Assembly (NCBI GenBank): GCA_951406725.2
Contig: OX597840.1
Span: 2,914,001-2,978,000 of the forward strand
Reading direction: 5' to 3'
Source: Octopus vulgaris
Taxonomy: Eukaryota
DNA length: 64,000 bases
Shown: piece by piece, positions 27,350 through 41,062 of the stretch
Numbering within the stretch: the first letter of the stretch is position 1
Layout: each line of letters opens with the position of its first letter
Translations under genes and position numbers: made by a program
Notes under the pieces: model-generated
Told to the model about the DNA's origin: nothing
The model's database searches: none
The model's input: only the letters and a program-made list of their open reading frames with translations

Positions 27350-27616
27350 CTCTGATTTGCTAATGTTTGGCCTAACATTGGTATTGCGTCTAAGGGGAAA
27401 TTTAGACAGGATATCAATGTATTGGTCAAGGTAGTTATATATATATATATATATATTATATATTTGTAAAAAATGAAGTTTGAAAATGCTGCTATATTAG
27501 ACAAATTTTAATATTTAACATGTTTCGGTTCTTGAAATGACTAACCTTATCAAAAAAAATTATATATAATAAAGGGAGTTCATGCTATATGTTTAAAGAG
27601 TATGATGTAATAGTTC

Positions 27617-27665
<49 letters not shown>

Positions 27666-27667
<2 letters not shown>

Positions 27668-27866
27668 ATTTCAAATAAACGGATAAAAAAGCAAAACAAT
27701 ATGAAAAGACAACGAACGTGAGGGCGTACACAGGAAGTGTATTAGCTTAATGCTCAGTGAACAGAAAGAGTTTGACGTTTCGAGCATAGCTCTTCGTCAG
27801 GAAGGAGACAGTGAAAAGTCCAAAGAAGACGAAGAAATCATCAACGAATCACATGTAATTACATTG

Positions 27867-27868
<2 letters not shown>
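27666..27868 (-). mobile_element. Short non-coding element between (TA)n tracts with a canonical-core mini-hammerhead (27768-27803)
   Basis: Minus strand reads CUGACGA-AGAGC-UAU-GCUC-GAAACGUC. Homologous to 44330-44480. Stem I pairing is poor in this copy. Confidence 0.65.
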
Positions 27869-27905
<37 letters not shown>

Positions 27906-27916
27906 CTGTATGTGTA

Positions 27917-27966
<50 letters not shown>

Positions 27967-27967
27967 T

Positions 27968-28658
27968 GAATGGGAAACCGCTCACAGTATCTAATGATAT
28001 CAGAGACCTTGGAGAAATTGTTGATAACAATCTCAGTTGGAGTGCTCACATCAACGATAAGGTCGATATAGCTCGTAGGATGAACTTATGAATCTTAAGA
28101 ACATTCTGATCCAGAGAACAAGGTGTCATCATTCCACTATTCTCCTCCTTTGTACGGCCAGACCTCGAATACTGCTACCGACTATGGTTTTGCCATACAT
28201 CACAAAACATCAGAGGGCGTTCACTAAGTGAATTACTAGGACCGCCTTAAAGCCTTGAAATTCTACTCTCCAGCGCAGCCGTGAGCGGTACATCATTTGC
28301 ACGATGTAGAGAATATACCGCCAGCATTGCCCAAACGACCTGAAAATTATCTTCAAGGTTCATCCAAGGCTGGGATCACGGGCCATACGTCCCCTGCCCA
28401 ATTCAAGATCACAACACATAGGTACACTGCGACAATTTCCTTTCCTCCCTGTTTAACATTGTTCCAAAACTGATCCAAGAGGAAAATGATCCCATCACCT
28501 TAAAACGGATCGGGACAAATTTCTTCATACCTGGATACAACTCACTCAAGAAGAACTCACTACTTGAATGGGGTATGATACCACAAAACTTGATTTAAAA
28601 GGGATTTAGGTAATCCTATCAGGTGGTGCTATTAAGTTAGACATGGCCTGGACCAATC
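27968..28658 (+). mobile_element. Decayed CR1/L2-like LINE 3' fragment
   Basis: GKPLTVSNDIRDLGEIVDNNLSWSAHINDKV..ILRTF..FSSFVRPDLEYC is a typical post-RT region of CR1-group LINEs. Contains stops and frameshifts. Confidence 0.8.
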
Positions 28659-28984
28659 GTATATATATATACATATATATATACACACATATTCATCCTT
28701 TACTTGTACTTTATCGACTTTTGAAAGGTAACACAGGTGACATTTGTACACCAAGTGTAAAAACCCCAAACCATTATATATATATACAAAGTCAATTTTT
28801 ATTTCGACGCAGGTGCGACTGAGTGGTAAAAAGCACGCTTCCCAACATGGGTTCAGGTTCGGCCCTACTGCGTGGCAACTTGAGCAAGTGCCTTCTACTA
28901 TATCCTCGGCCCGACCAAAGACTTGTGGGTAGATAGGGCAGGAGACTGAAAGAAGGACATCGTATGTGTACATATATATATTTC

Positions 28985-29220
28985 TTTATATTTCTTTACT
29001 GCCCACAAGGGGCTAAACATAGAGGGGACGAACAAGGACAGACAACGGGATTAAGTTGATTACATCAACCCCAGTGCTTAACTGGTACTTAATTTATCGA
29101 CCCCGAAAGGATGAAAAGCAAAGTCGACCTCGGCGGAATTTGAACTCAGAACGTAACGACAGACGAAATAACGCTCAGCATTTCGCCCAGCGCGCTAACG
29201 CTTCTGCCAGCTCGCCGCCT
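28985..29220 (-). mobile_element. SINE family A, full-length
   Basis: Reverse complement of the 6572-7545 unit. Another copy at 40625-40855(-). Confidence 0.9.
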
Positions 29221-29247
29221 TATATGTGTATATATATATACGTGTGT

Positions 29248-29294
<47 letters not shown>

Positions 29295-29457
29295 GGCGAG
29301 GGCAGCGAAATGAAGCTTCCTTACACACCACATGGGACAATTACCCAAAACTGAGGAAATCAGCAAAACCACAGTGGTGCTGCAGCATGACCGCAGCCGT
29401 AGTGCTCAAACGTGTGAAAGTGTAAAAGAACGCCAGAATATATATATATATATATAT

Positions 29458-29488
<31 letters not shown>

Positions 29489-29866
29489 CGTGTGTGTGTG
29501 TGTGTGTTTTATGTATGTGTGTGTTTGTATTTCTCTATATACATGTGTGTATGTATGCATGTATGTACGCATGCAAGCATGTAATATATCGCAATTCAAT
29601 GCCCTGGATATCTTCGTTTCGCCTTACCAGCCATGCCCTACTGTTTGAGTGCAAGCACAACCATCTATGTGAATACGCACAACACACACACACACACATA
29701 TGCATATATACATACATACATCAAAATTCCTGTTGCGTGTGCAGCTTAACACATGCGCCGTGTCATATTCTGATAAAGCGCACGCCATATGAGGCCACGT
29801 AAATGTGAATATAGCGTTATCATATACAGATATACAGATGTACATACATGCATTCATGTTTGCATA

Positions 29867-29969
<103 letters not shown>

Positions 29970-30074
29970 GTAAAATAATATGTGACAATTATTCAATAGC
30001 CAAGAAAAAACTCTGAGTTTCGGATGCCGAAGTGGAAATCCACAACACTATCCCTACCTTTGCCTCTTCCTCCC

Positions 30075-30110
<36 letters not shown>

Positions 30111-30198
30111 TCTTTCTCTCTCTCTCTCATCCGCGCTCTCCCTCTCTCCCTGTCTCTGTCTTTCCTTCTTTCCCTCTTCGCCTTTCTCTTTCACCGTG

Positions 30199-30293
<95 letters not shown>

Positions 30294-30841
30294 CAGAGAG
30301 ACAGAGAGAGCGATAAAGACACAGAGAGACAGACAGAGATTATATATATCACATACATAATCTCTACACATTTATATATGTATACATGTGTGTGTGTATG
30401 TGTGTGTTGTTGCTTTATAATGTTCTTCATCCCCCTCTTGTTCTCTCAACTAAACAGATAGCAGATTTGTGGCTTGTGAGTGTGCTTTTACCTGGTTTAT
30501 GTGTGTTTAATGCTGTTTAGCCGATTCCGTTCGTGTTAAGACTCTAATCTCTTTCTCTCAATCGCTATCTCATTCTTTATCTTTATATAATATCAATACA
30601 TTTGTGCACCGATGCACACCATCTCTATCTCTGCCTCTTCCTCACATACACACACACACTCTCTCTCTCTCTCACCCTGCTCTCCCTCATTCTCTTTCCT
30701 TCAGTCCCTCTTCGCCTTTCTCTTTCACCGTGTCTCTCTTATATATAATAGGTATGCATTGGAATAATGGCGGAAAACTCATATTATTACACGTATGCAG
30801 ATGCATTCAGATGTACATGTGCATTTATCTATCTATCTACT

Positions 30842-30922
<81 letters not shown>

Positions 30923-31808
30923 GTCTGTCTGTCTATCTGTCTGTCTTTGATGTGACAAGGAATGAACCCTTACTATAGTCACTACACAAATCCGAAACAC
31001 ATACACACACACCTACAAATACGAAGGCACAATTACGCAACGATTGTGCAAGTGTAAGAGAGAGAGGGAAAGAGAGGGAGAGTCTCTCACAAAAACAGGC
31101 ACAAGCACACACAAATTTGTTTGTTCCTTCTCGAGCCATGCCTGGCTCATAAGGGCCGGTTTCTCGGTTTCCTTGGCTTATAGGTTCCCCACCTGAACGG
31201 GACATCGGTCCGTCGCAGGTGAACTGCAAGATGCAGGAGGAAAGAGTGAGAGAAAGTTGTGGCGAAAGAGTCAGCAGAAGTTCGCCATTACCTTCTGCCG
31301 GAGCCGCGTGGAGCTTAGGTGTTTCGCTCATAAACACACACATCGCCCGGTCTGAGATTTGAACCCGCGATCCCTCGACCGCGAGTCCGATGCTCTAACT
31401 ACTAGGGCATGTGCGTCCACATATTAGTCACATACCTGTGATAAATATAAGAAAGAGAGATAGATAAAATATAAATACTATATGAATAAATCCATATAAA
31501 GGGTAAGAATACAAACAATATACGAAGCGAACCCATACACACACACAAACAGACACACAAGAAATTTTACGGACGGCCACAACAATATCAACAACACGAA
31601 TAACAACGACAGTAGCAGGGGCAGTGACAACGATGGCAATAACAACAACATCAACCACGATGGCAACACCGTGGGCGAACACATAAATACGAAGAGATAC
31701 AAGAATTGTACCAAATTTATACATACATACATAAATACCTACATAAATTTGAACCCACGATCCCTCGACCGAGAGTCAGCTGCTCTAACCACTAGGCCAT
31801 GTGCCTCC

Positions 31809-32196
31809 TTATGGAAGCACTCCGTCAGTTACAACGATGAGGGTTCCGGTTGATCCGAATCAACGGAACAGCCTGCTTGTGAAATTAACGTGTAAGTGGC
31901 CGAGCACTCCACAGACACGTGCACCCTTAACGTAGTTCTCGGGGTTTATTCAGCGTGACACAGAGAGTGACAAGGCCGGCCCTTTGAAATACAGGTACAA
32001 CAGAAACAGGAAGTAAGAGTGAGAGAAAGTTGTGGTGAAAGAGTACAGCAGGGTTTACCACCATGCCCTGCCGGAGCCTCGTGGAGCTTTAGGTGTTTTC
32101 ACTCAATAAACACTCACAACGCCCGGTCCGGGAATCGAAACCGCGATCCTACGACCGCGAGTCCGCTGCCCTAACCACTGGGCCATTGCGCCTCCA
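31809..32196 (-). mobile_element. SINE family B nested in the head of a B'-type SINE
   Basis: 12-bp TSD ccatgtgcctcc at 31797-31808 / 32197-32208. Confidence 0.9.
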
Positions 32197-32532
32197 CCAT
32201 GTGCCTCCACACAACACGCAAATACAAACATACAATTGCACAAAGATTGCGCGAGTGTAAGAGAGAAAATCTTACACACACGGACACAGAAACACACAGA
32301 TGCGTACGTAGCCGTGTTCAATACGTATATACAGCCTTGCATCCCAAACACCTCTAAGATTAGTGTGGTGGAAATGAGGTTGTCCACCAAGAATTGAAAC
32401 AGGAAACTAATAAACAGAAAGAATTGAGATGAAAATCTTTCAATTAAAGTTGAATGTCCATTAAGGTTAAAACGAAGGCGGTTTGTAGTTCTGCGAGACC
32501 AATCTGTGCTCACACTTACACACATATATATA

Positions 32533-32628
<96 letters not shown>

Positions 32629-32972
32629 TGTGTATATATATATATACATGTGTGTAACTATATATATATATATATATGTACATGTATGTAAATATATATA
32701 TGTGGGGAGAGAGTGTGGGCGAGTCGTGTACGCATGAGTATATGTATATGTATATATGCGTGTGTAACTATAAAACTACAAATTGGTTTTCATCAATATA
32801 CGGGTGGACAGAGTCAGACGGGTTAATATATATAGGTATGTGCATGTATATGTGCCTGTATGCATGTGATACATATATATATATATATGTACCCGTATGT
32901 ATATGATACATATATATATATAAAAAACACACAAACACATATATATATACACACATAAATATATATACATGC

Positions 32973-33003
<31 letters not shown>

Positions 33004-33166
33004 CATATGCATATATGCATATACATGTATATATACATCTATATATACAACTACATATACACACACACACGGACGCACACAGGGAGAATTCCATTCATAC
33101 ACAGATACATACGTACGTAGATACGTTCAGGTTGACAGACAGACAGACAGAAACAAACAAACAAAC

Positions 33167-33245
<79 letters not shown>

Positions 33246-33582
33246 CACATAGAGGAAAATACACACACACATATACTTATGCTCGGCACTCTATTGTGAC
33301 TCCTTACAAAATATTTATGTGAAATTTGATTAGAATTAAAACGAATACAATTTACGTGATTAACGGAAATCGAACACAGAGCGCAAGTTTTAAATTGATA
33401 TAACATTTTAGGTAACAGCCTGGGTGAATAGGGAAAGAATTTTCAATTATGCCTAATTCACCGGCGCTATTTTTGAGGCATCATACACTTAAAGGCCATT
33501 TCCGGTACTTGAAGAACTTGAAATGTCTAGTCTGAAGAAAGTGAACAATTCCATCACTATATGTGCATCTCTACATACATAC

Positions 33583-33651
<69 letters not shown>

Positions 33652-34113
33652 AGTATCTATACATATATGCATGTATATATATATATACACTTATAAAGGG
33701 ATATATGAAAATATAAGATATATATCTATGCAATTATGTACATATATATGCCTTTATACATACATACATATATAAATATATATATATATATATATGAATA
33801 TATATGAATATATATATATATGTGTGTGTGTGTTTATGTATGTGTGTGCGCGCATGTGTGTGTGTGATGTGTACAAGTGGGAATCTAAGCGTACACACAT
33901 ACGCCCACAAAGACACGCACAAATACACACTTAAACTCATATATATATATATATATACACACATTCTGTGTGGGTAGATTTGTTTATATGTTTACATATA
34001 TGTAATGCTTATATGTATGTATGTAAATATATATGTAAATGTATATGTATATTTATACATACATATACAAATGTATATACATATATATATATATATGTAT
34101 GTATATATTTATG

Positions 34114-34271
<158 letters not shown>

Positions 34272-34798
34272 CGTAATGGGGTTTGCACTGACATACAGAC
34301 ACACACTTTGTAAATGACTAGTAAATCAATTTCCATTCCGAATGTATAAAGGTTAAACAGTGTTCGTGACTGAAAACTGCGCATGCGTGTACGAATGCAT
34401 GAGGTTAAGCATACAAAGGTGTACGTGTATCATAATAGCTGTTTGTGTGTATGTTTGTGTATTTGTGTGAGTGTGTTTACGTAGGCGAAACTGTGCGCGT
34501 GAAGCGCTCCAATGAAACGAGCGAATGATTTCGGCAAGAACCAATCAAATATGGCATTCGGTGCCGTCGTCCAAACAAATTTTAATAAGGGTTTTTCAAA
34601 ATTAGCACAAGGCCGGCAATTTTTGGGAAGGAGTGAAATTGACTACATCGCCCCCACCCACCAGTATTCAGATAGTAATTGCTTTATGGACCCCAAGTGG
34701 ATGTCATACAAACTGATCTTGGTGGTATTTGAAATCAGAATGTTAAGACAGGCCAAATGCCCGTTAGGCATGCTAAGCACTCTGCCAGCTCGGGACCT

Positions 34799-34799
<1 letters not shown>

Positions 34800-34829
<30 letters not shown>

Positions 34830-35342
34830 AAGAAGAAGAAGAAGAAGAAGAAGAAGAAGAAGAAGAAGAAGAAGAAGAAGAAGAAGAAGAAAAAGAAGAA
34901 GAAGAAGAAGAAGGAGGAGAAGAAGAAGGAGAAGAAGAAGAAGAAGAAGATGTAGAAGAAGAAGAAGGTGTAGAAGAAGAAGAAGGAGAAGAAGAAGAAG
35001 GAGAAGAAGAAGAAGAAGAAGAAGAAGAAGGTGTAGAAGAAGGAGAAGGAGAAGAAGAAGAAGAAGAAGAAGAAGAAGTGGGAGAGGAAGAAGAAGAAGA
35101 AGAAGAAGTAGGGGGAGAAGAAGAAGGAGAAGAAGAAGTAGGAGAAGAAGAAGAAGAAAAAGAAAAAGATGAAGAATAAGAAGATGATGATGATGATGAT
35201 GATGATGATGAAGAAGAAGAAGAGGAAGAAGAAGAAGTAGGCGGAAAAGAAGAAGGAGAAGAAGAAGTAGGAGAAGAAGAAGAAGAAAAAGAAAAAGATG
35301 AAGAATAAGAAGATGATGATGATGATGATGATGATGATGAAG

Positions 35343-35374
<32 letters not shown>

Positions 35375-35449
35375 GGGGGAAAAGAAGAAGGAGAAGAAGA
35401 AGTAGGAGAAGAAGAAGAAGAAGAAAAAGAAAAAGATGAAGAATAAGAA

Positions 35450-35482
<33 letters not shown>

Positions 35483-35596
35483 GAAGAAGAAGAAGAAGAA
35501 GAAGAAGAAGAAGAAGAAGAAGAAGAAGAAGAAGAAGAAGAAGAAGAAGAAGAAGAAGAAGAAGAAGAAGAAGAAGAAGAAGAAGAAGAAGAAGAA
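34800..35596 (+). repeat. (AAG)n-rich tract with a ~130-bp higher-order repeat
   Basis: Three copies of gaagtagg..gaaaaagaaaaagatgaagaataagaag(atg)n at ~35105-35480. Confidence 0.85.
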
Positions 35597-36343
35597 TGGT
35601 TTCAAATTTTGCTACAAGGACAACAATTTTGAGGTTGGAGATGAGTCGATTATATTGAACCCAGTGTTAAACAGGTACTTATTTTATCGATCCCGAGGAC
35701 ACGAAATGCAAAGCCGACCTTGGCGAAATTTGAATTCAGAACGTAAAAACGGACGGAAAATCTTTAATCTTTCTACTATCAAAAGATCGCAAGTATCAGT
35801 AATACTGTAAGTTTATGATTAGCGATCGTTCTATTTAAAGTTCGATCTTACTTTTCAGCTGCAAATATTTTGGGGACTCATCTTTATCGGTGAAATCTTT
35901 TGCCAGTAATATTACGATACAATGCTTCGGGCTTACAAATACGCCTCGCCCTATACGCCGATTCGACTTCTATATGCGATTATCTTTATCTGTGGATTAA
36001 GAGTGCAACCATCTGTCTGCCATGGAAGGAATTACAACAATCCTTTAAGCGCTCCAATTCAAAACTGCGAGCAATCACCACCATTTTGAATGGAATTTCG
36101 TGAGATTGCACGAGATAAGGGGAAGCAACCTATGTAGGGATATCTTTAATTGCAATTCCTTTTGTGTTTGTCTTGTTTGCAAGGCAAATACAAATTGATT
36201 ACATTGTACACAATGTAATCAATTTGTGATTGATTACCTTAATTCAAACACAAATTGATTACGTTGTCCTAGGATATTCTATCTATCAATCTATCTATCT
36301 ATTTGTCTTACTCTCTCTCTCTCTCTGTATATATACATATATG

Positions 36344-36383
<40 letters not shown>

Positions 36384-36483
36384 TATGGATATATATGCAT
36401 ATATATGCATATATATACATACATACACCCATACAGTGATATATATATATATACACACACATACATACAAACATACAGTGAGA

Positions 36484-36518
<35 letters not shown>

Positions 36519-36574
36519 TCATATATGTGTGTGTGTGTGTGTATGCGTGTATGTGTGTATTAATGCATTTTTTT

Positions 36575-37022
36575 TTATCTAGTTTCAGCTCACAAGCTGT
36601 GGCCATGCTGGGGCACCGCCATTTGCTGTTGCTACATCATTTTACTTCACGAATGCTTTTTAGCAATTGCCATTTGGTGCATGAGAGAGTTCGATGCAGC
36701 TGCCCTCATCTGCACCTCCTGCCGTGAAGTTGGTTCATCTGGGACACCTGACAAGAAGAGATCCAGTTTTATTTTAAAGACATCTGCATCCACCCCATGC
36801 AGGTCTCTTAGGTTCTTCGGGAGGATATTGAAGAGCTGTGGGCCTCGAAAGCCCAGGCTATCACAGTATTTTATCCTACATCTTGATGGCAAATTTGGAG
36901 TCCTTGGCACTATGCAGTGGCGCCCAGTTCTATGCAGTGGCGCCCACTATGCAGTGGCGCCCATTTGTGTAACTCTCGATGCCAAAGTTTGGGACAAGTC
37001 CTTCTAGGATCTTCCAGATGTA
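36575..37022 (-). mobile_element. CR1/L2-like LINE 3' end (ORF2 C-terminus + tail)
   Basis: IWKILEGLVPNFGI..SLGFRGPQLFNILPKNLRDLHGVDADVFKIKLDLFLSGVPDEP..AASNSL, then tail ggcggtgccccagcatggccacagcttgtgagctgaaacta. An older related fragment lies at ~37870-38135(-). Confidence 0.85.
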
Positions 37023-38465
37023 TATGTATATGTATGCATGTATGCATATGTGTATGAATCTATATATGTTTATTTCAAGATTTCTTCCTAGTTTGTGTGT
37101 GTATCTGTGTGTGTGTGTGTACTGAAGCATACAGCATATGACATACATCTGTGTTTTGTGCAAGTATGCGCATGTGTACTTCATGATTTGTGATGTTTTG
37201 CGTCTTTCAAAGGCCATGAAATTTTAGCTTCATAAAATATACTTTGGAAATTGTACGAAATCTTGCCTATGTGCTTTGTACGTTATACTTATATGTGCAG
37301 TTGCAGAGCTATTCAATGGATACAGTACATTCCACAAACATTCAGCTATGAGTGTGCTGCTTTCCATAGCAGAAACAACTGTAGGCCAATGAAAGTAAAT
37401 ACATTAATTAATCTACATACATATGTATACATACACATATGCATATATTTATATCGTTTACTCTTTTGCTTGTTTCAGTCATTTGACCGTGGCCATGCTG
37501 GAGCACCGACTTTAGCCGAGCAAATCGACCCCAGGACTTATTTTTTGTAAGCCTAGTACTTATTCTATCGTCCTCTTTTGCCGAACCGCTAAGTTACGGG
37601 GACGTAAACACACCAGCATCGGTTGTCAAGCGATGTTGGAGTGACAAACACAGAAACACAAACACACACGCACACACACACAAACACACACATATATATA
37701 TATACACATATATACGATGGGCTTCTTCCAGCTTCCGTCTACAAAATCCAATCACAAGACTTTGATCGGCAGAAGAAGGCACTTGCCCAAGGTGCAGTGG
37801 GACTGAACCCGGAACCATGTGGTTGGTAAGCAAGCTACTTACCACACATACTTTTATTCTTTTATTCTATTAGACGTTTCAGCTCTAAGGCTGCGACCAT
37901 GCTGGAGCACCACCAATATACTCACCTTTTCAATGTCCACAATTTTATGTGAATGGCTGTTTGTGAAACCGAGTGTTCAACACTGCTACTCTCTTTTGAA
38001 CTTCCAGCCTTGATATCGGTTTATGAGGGACCTTGGATAGCAGAAGTTTACTCCATGAAGAGCTGTCAGACGTTTTAGCAAGGTGTTAAATAGCTGTGGG
38101 CCCTTGAATCACAACAATCAGAGTACTTGGACCGAACACGACGGGATGGTTATATGTACATGTATACGTATATTCATATACATATGTGTGTGTCTGTGAG
38201 TATATGTGGTTCGCTGCAGAGTAGAGCTGCTCTCAACTACCACTATCACCCTTTCGTACACTTTTGACACCATCACTCCCACCACCTCATTGTATCTCCT
38301 CCAATTATCTACAACAGCGCCATGGCTGCAACCAACCACCATGTGATGGTATTCAATTTTGCTGTTGAACATATTTTTATCTGTTCCAATTTCAATACCA
38401 ACACCACCAACACCATTAACACTACAAGTGGTTCTGCTAACAACAACCATACTACTACCACCACA

Positions 38466-38528
<63 letters not shown>

Positions 38529-38667
38529 GCAACTACTGTTAGAACAACAACTACTACTACTGCTAATAATAATGATGATGATAATAATAATAATAATCAT
38601 TATCATAATAATGATGATGATGATGATGATAATAATACTATTAATAATAATAATAACAAAAACAACA

Positions 38668-38739
<72 letters not shown>

Positions 38740-38866
38740 GTGATAATGATAATAATAATATTTGCAACGATAATGATAATAGTATTAGTATTAGGATTAA
38801 TCATAGTAGTAATGATAGTAGTAATAACAGTAAAAATAACTGACAATATTAATAATAGCAATAACG

Positions 38867-38968
<102 letters not shown>

Positions 38969-39670
38969 TAAGATAACAAGCGTAGGAAAAAACCTCAACA
39001 ACAATAATAATATTAATAATGATAATAATGATGATGATGATGATGATGATGATGAGGATGATGTTGATGAGGAGGAGGAGGAGGAGGAGGAGGATGAGGA
39101 TGATGTTGGTATGATGATGATGATGATGATGATGACGATAACGGTGTCGCTTATTTCGTGTTACCTTGGAAACACGCTTGTATTTCTCTCTCTATCTCTC
39201 TTAGCCAGTAAATAGTCGACTTCCCAAATAATTATATATTCTTTCATATTTCTTCAATTATAGCAATCTTCGTGGTGGGAATTGTGTAGGGGGGGAGGGG
39301 GGCGGTGGAGCGGTAGGCCCGAGTTCACAAATCCGATTTCTATAATTTGACCAATTCGTTTTAGCAGACCGATTGTTTGTTTTAAATATTTGTTTGTCTG
39401 CATTTTATTTTTTTTTAATTTTTGTCTTTGACGCAGTATTTCTTCGCTATGAGTGTTGTTGTTGTTGTTGTTGTTGTTATTCCTCTCCTTCTCGCTGTTA
39501 TAGTTCCTCGATCGCCGCCGATCCAGCAGACCCGTAATTAAATGCAAGCCAGCTATGGCCATCCTGCTTCTTTTTATTATCAACTGCTTAGTGTATCTTG
39601 GACTACGCTGTTTAATGTGACACGTTATCTCAACTGGATGATGGACGGCGAAGAGATACCAGAATCGTTA

Positions 39671-40087
39671 GGGCGGTGAGCTGGCAGAAACGTTAGCACA
39701 CCGGGCAAAATGCTTAGCAGTATTTCGCCTGCCGCTACGTTCTGAGTTCAAATTCCGCCGAGGTCGACTTTACCTTTCATCCTTTCGGGGTCGATTAAAA
39801 TAAGTACCAGTTAAGCACTGGGGTCGATGTAGTCGACTTAATCCGTTTGTCTGTCCTTGTTTGTCCTCTCTGTATTTAGCCCCTTGTGGGTAGTAAAGAA
39901 ATAGGTATTTCGTCTGCCGTTACGTTCTGAGTTCAAATTCCGCCGAGGTCGACTTTACCTTTCATCCTTTCGGGGTCGATTAAAATAAGTACCAGTTAAG
40001 CACTGGGGTCGATGTAGTCGACTTAATCCGTTTGTCTGTCCTTGTTTGTCCTCTCTGTATTTAGCCCCTTGTGGGTAGTAAAGAAAT
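39671..40087 (+). mobile_element. Dimeric SINE family A inserted in an older SINE A-like copy
   Basis: A full unit followed by a 5'-truncated unit joined at gaaatag|gtatttcgtc. TSD agaatcgttaggg at 39661-39673 / 40088-40100. Confidence 0.88.
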
Positions 40088-40897
40088 AGAATCGTTAGGG
40101 CATCGTACGAAATGCCTGGTGATATTTGTTACGCAGATTTAAGTTCTGGATTCGAGATCTGTCGTTAAAAACTTTGCCTTTCCTCCATTGAAGGCCGGTA
40201 AAATAAAGTACCAAACAAATACAAGATTACTGGCAATGTCTGTTACACTTCACCAAGTATTACTGACCTTGTAACACCAGCACTAATTAGAAACCATTAT
40301 TTTAATGGTGAATATCATCTTTTTTACACGCTTCAGTCACTGACTTGTGGTGATGCTCAGGCACAGCTTTGCAGAGATCTTAGTCGAACAAAACGACACT
40401 AGTGTTTGTGTTGCGTCTTTTGCAAGTCCAGGGCGTATTCTATCGGTTTCTTTGACCGAATCGCAATGATGAATAGGCGTTCAAAAACACAAACCCTTCC
40501 TCAAATAGCGACAAATACAGAGATGTAGACGTGAACAGAGATATATGCACACGCATAGCCACACACAGAGACATACATACATACACACACACACACACGC
40601 ATATATATATATATATATATATATATTTCTTTACTATCCACAAGGGGCTAAACACAGAGGGGACAAACAAGGACAGACAAAGGGATTAAGTCGACTACAT
40701 CGACCCCAGTGCGTAACTGGTACTTAATTTATCGACCCCGAAAGGATGAAGGGCAAAGTCGGCCTCGGCGGAATTTGAACTCGGAACGTAACGACAGACG
40801 AAATACGGCTACGAATTTCGCCCGGCGTGCTAACGTTTCTACCAGCTCGCCGCCTATATATATATATGTATATATATATATACACACATATATATGC

Positions 40898-40985
<88 letters not shown>

Positions 40986-41062
40986 CTGTGTGTGTGTGTC
41001 TGTGTGTGTGCGTGTGTGTGTGTAGGTGTGTGTATGTATGTATATGTATATATATATATATG

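Larger units (their letters stand above)
24770..27436 (-). mobile_element. Penelope-like element (probably Neptune group), 5'-truncated, with (TA)n at both ends
   Basis: RT+GIY-YIG ORF, ~670-nt 3' non-coding region with a hammerhead motif, and (TA)n on both sides. Confidence 0.9.

Noticed and set aside
35860-36110. Possible host exon after a pyrimidine-rich AG
   Set aside because: The frames close quickly and give no recognisable protein or clear donor site.
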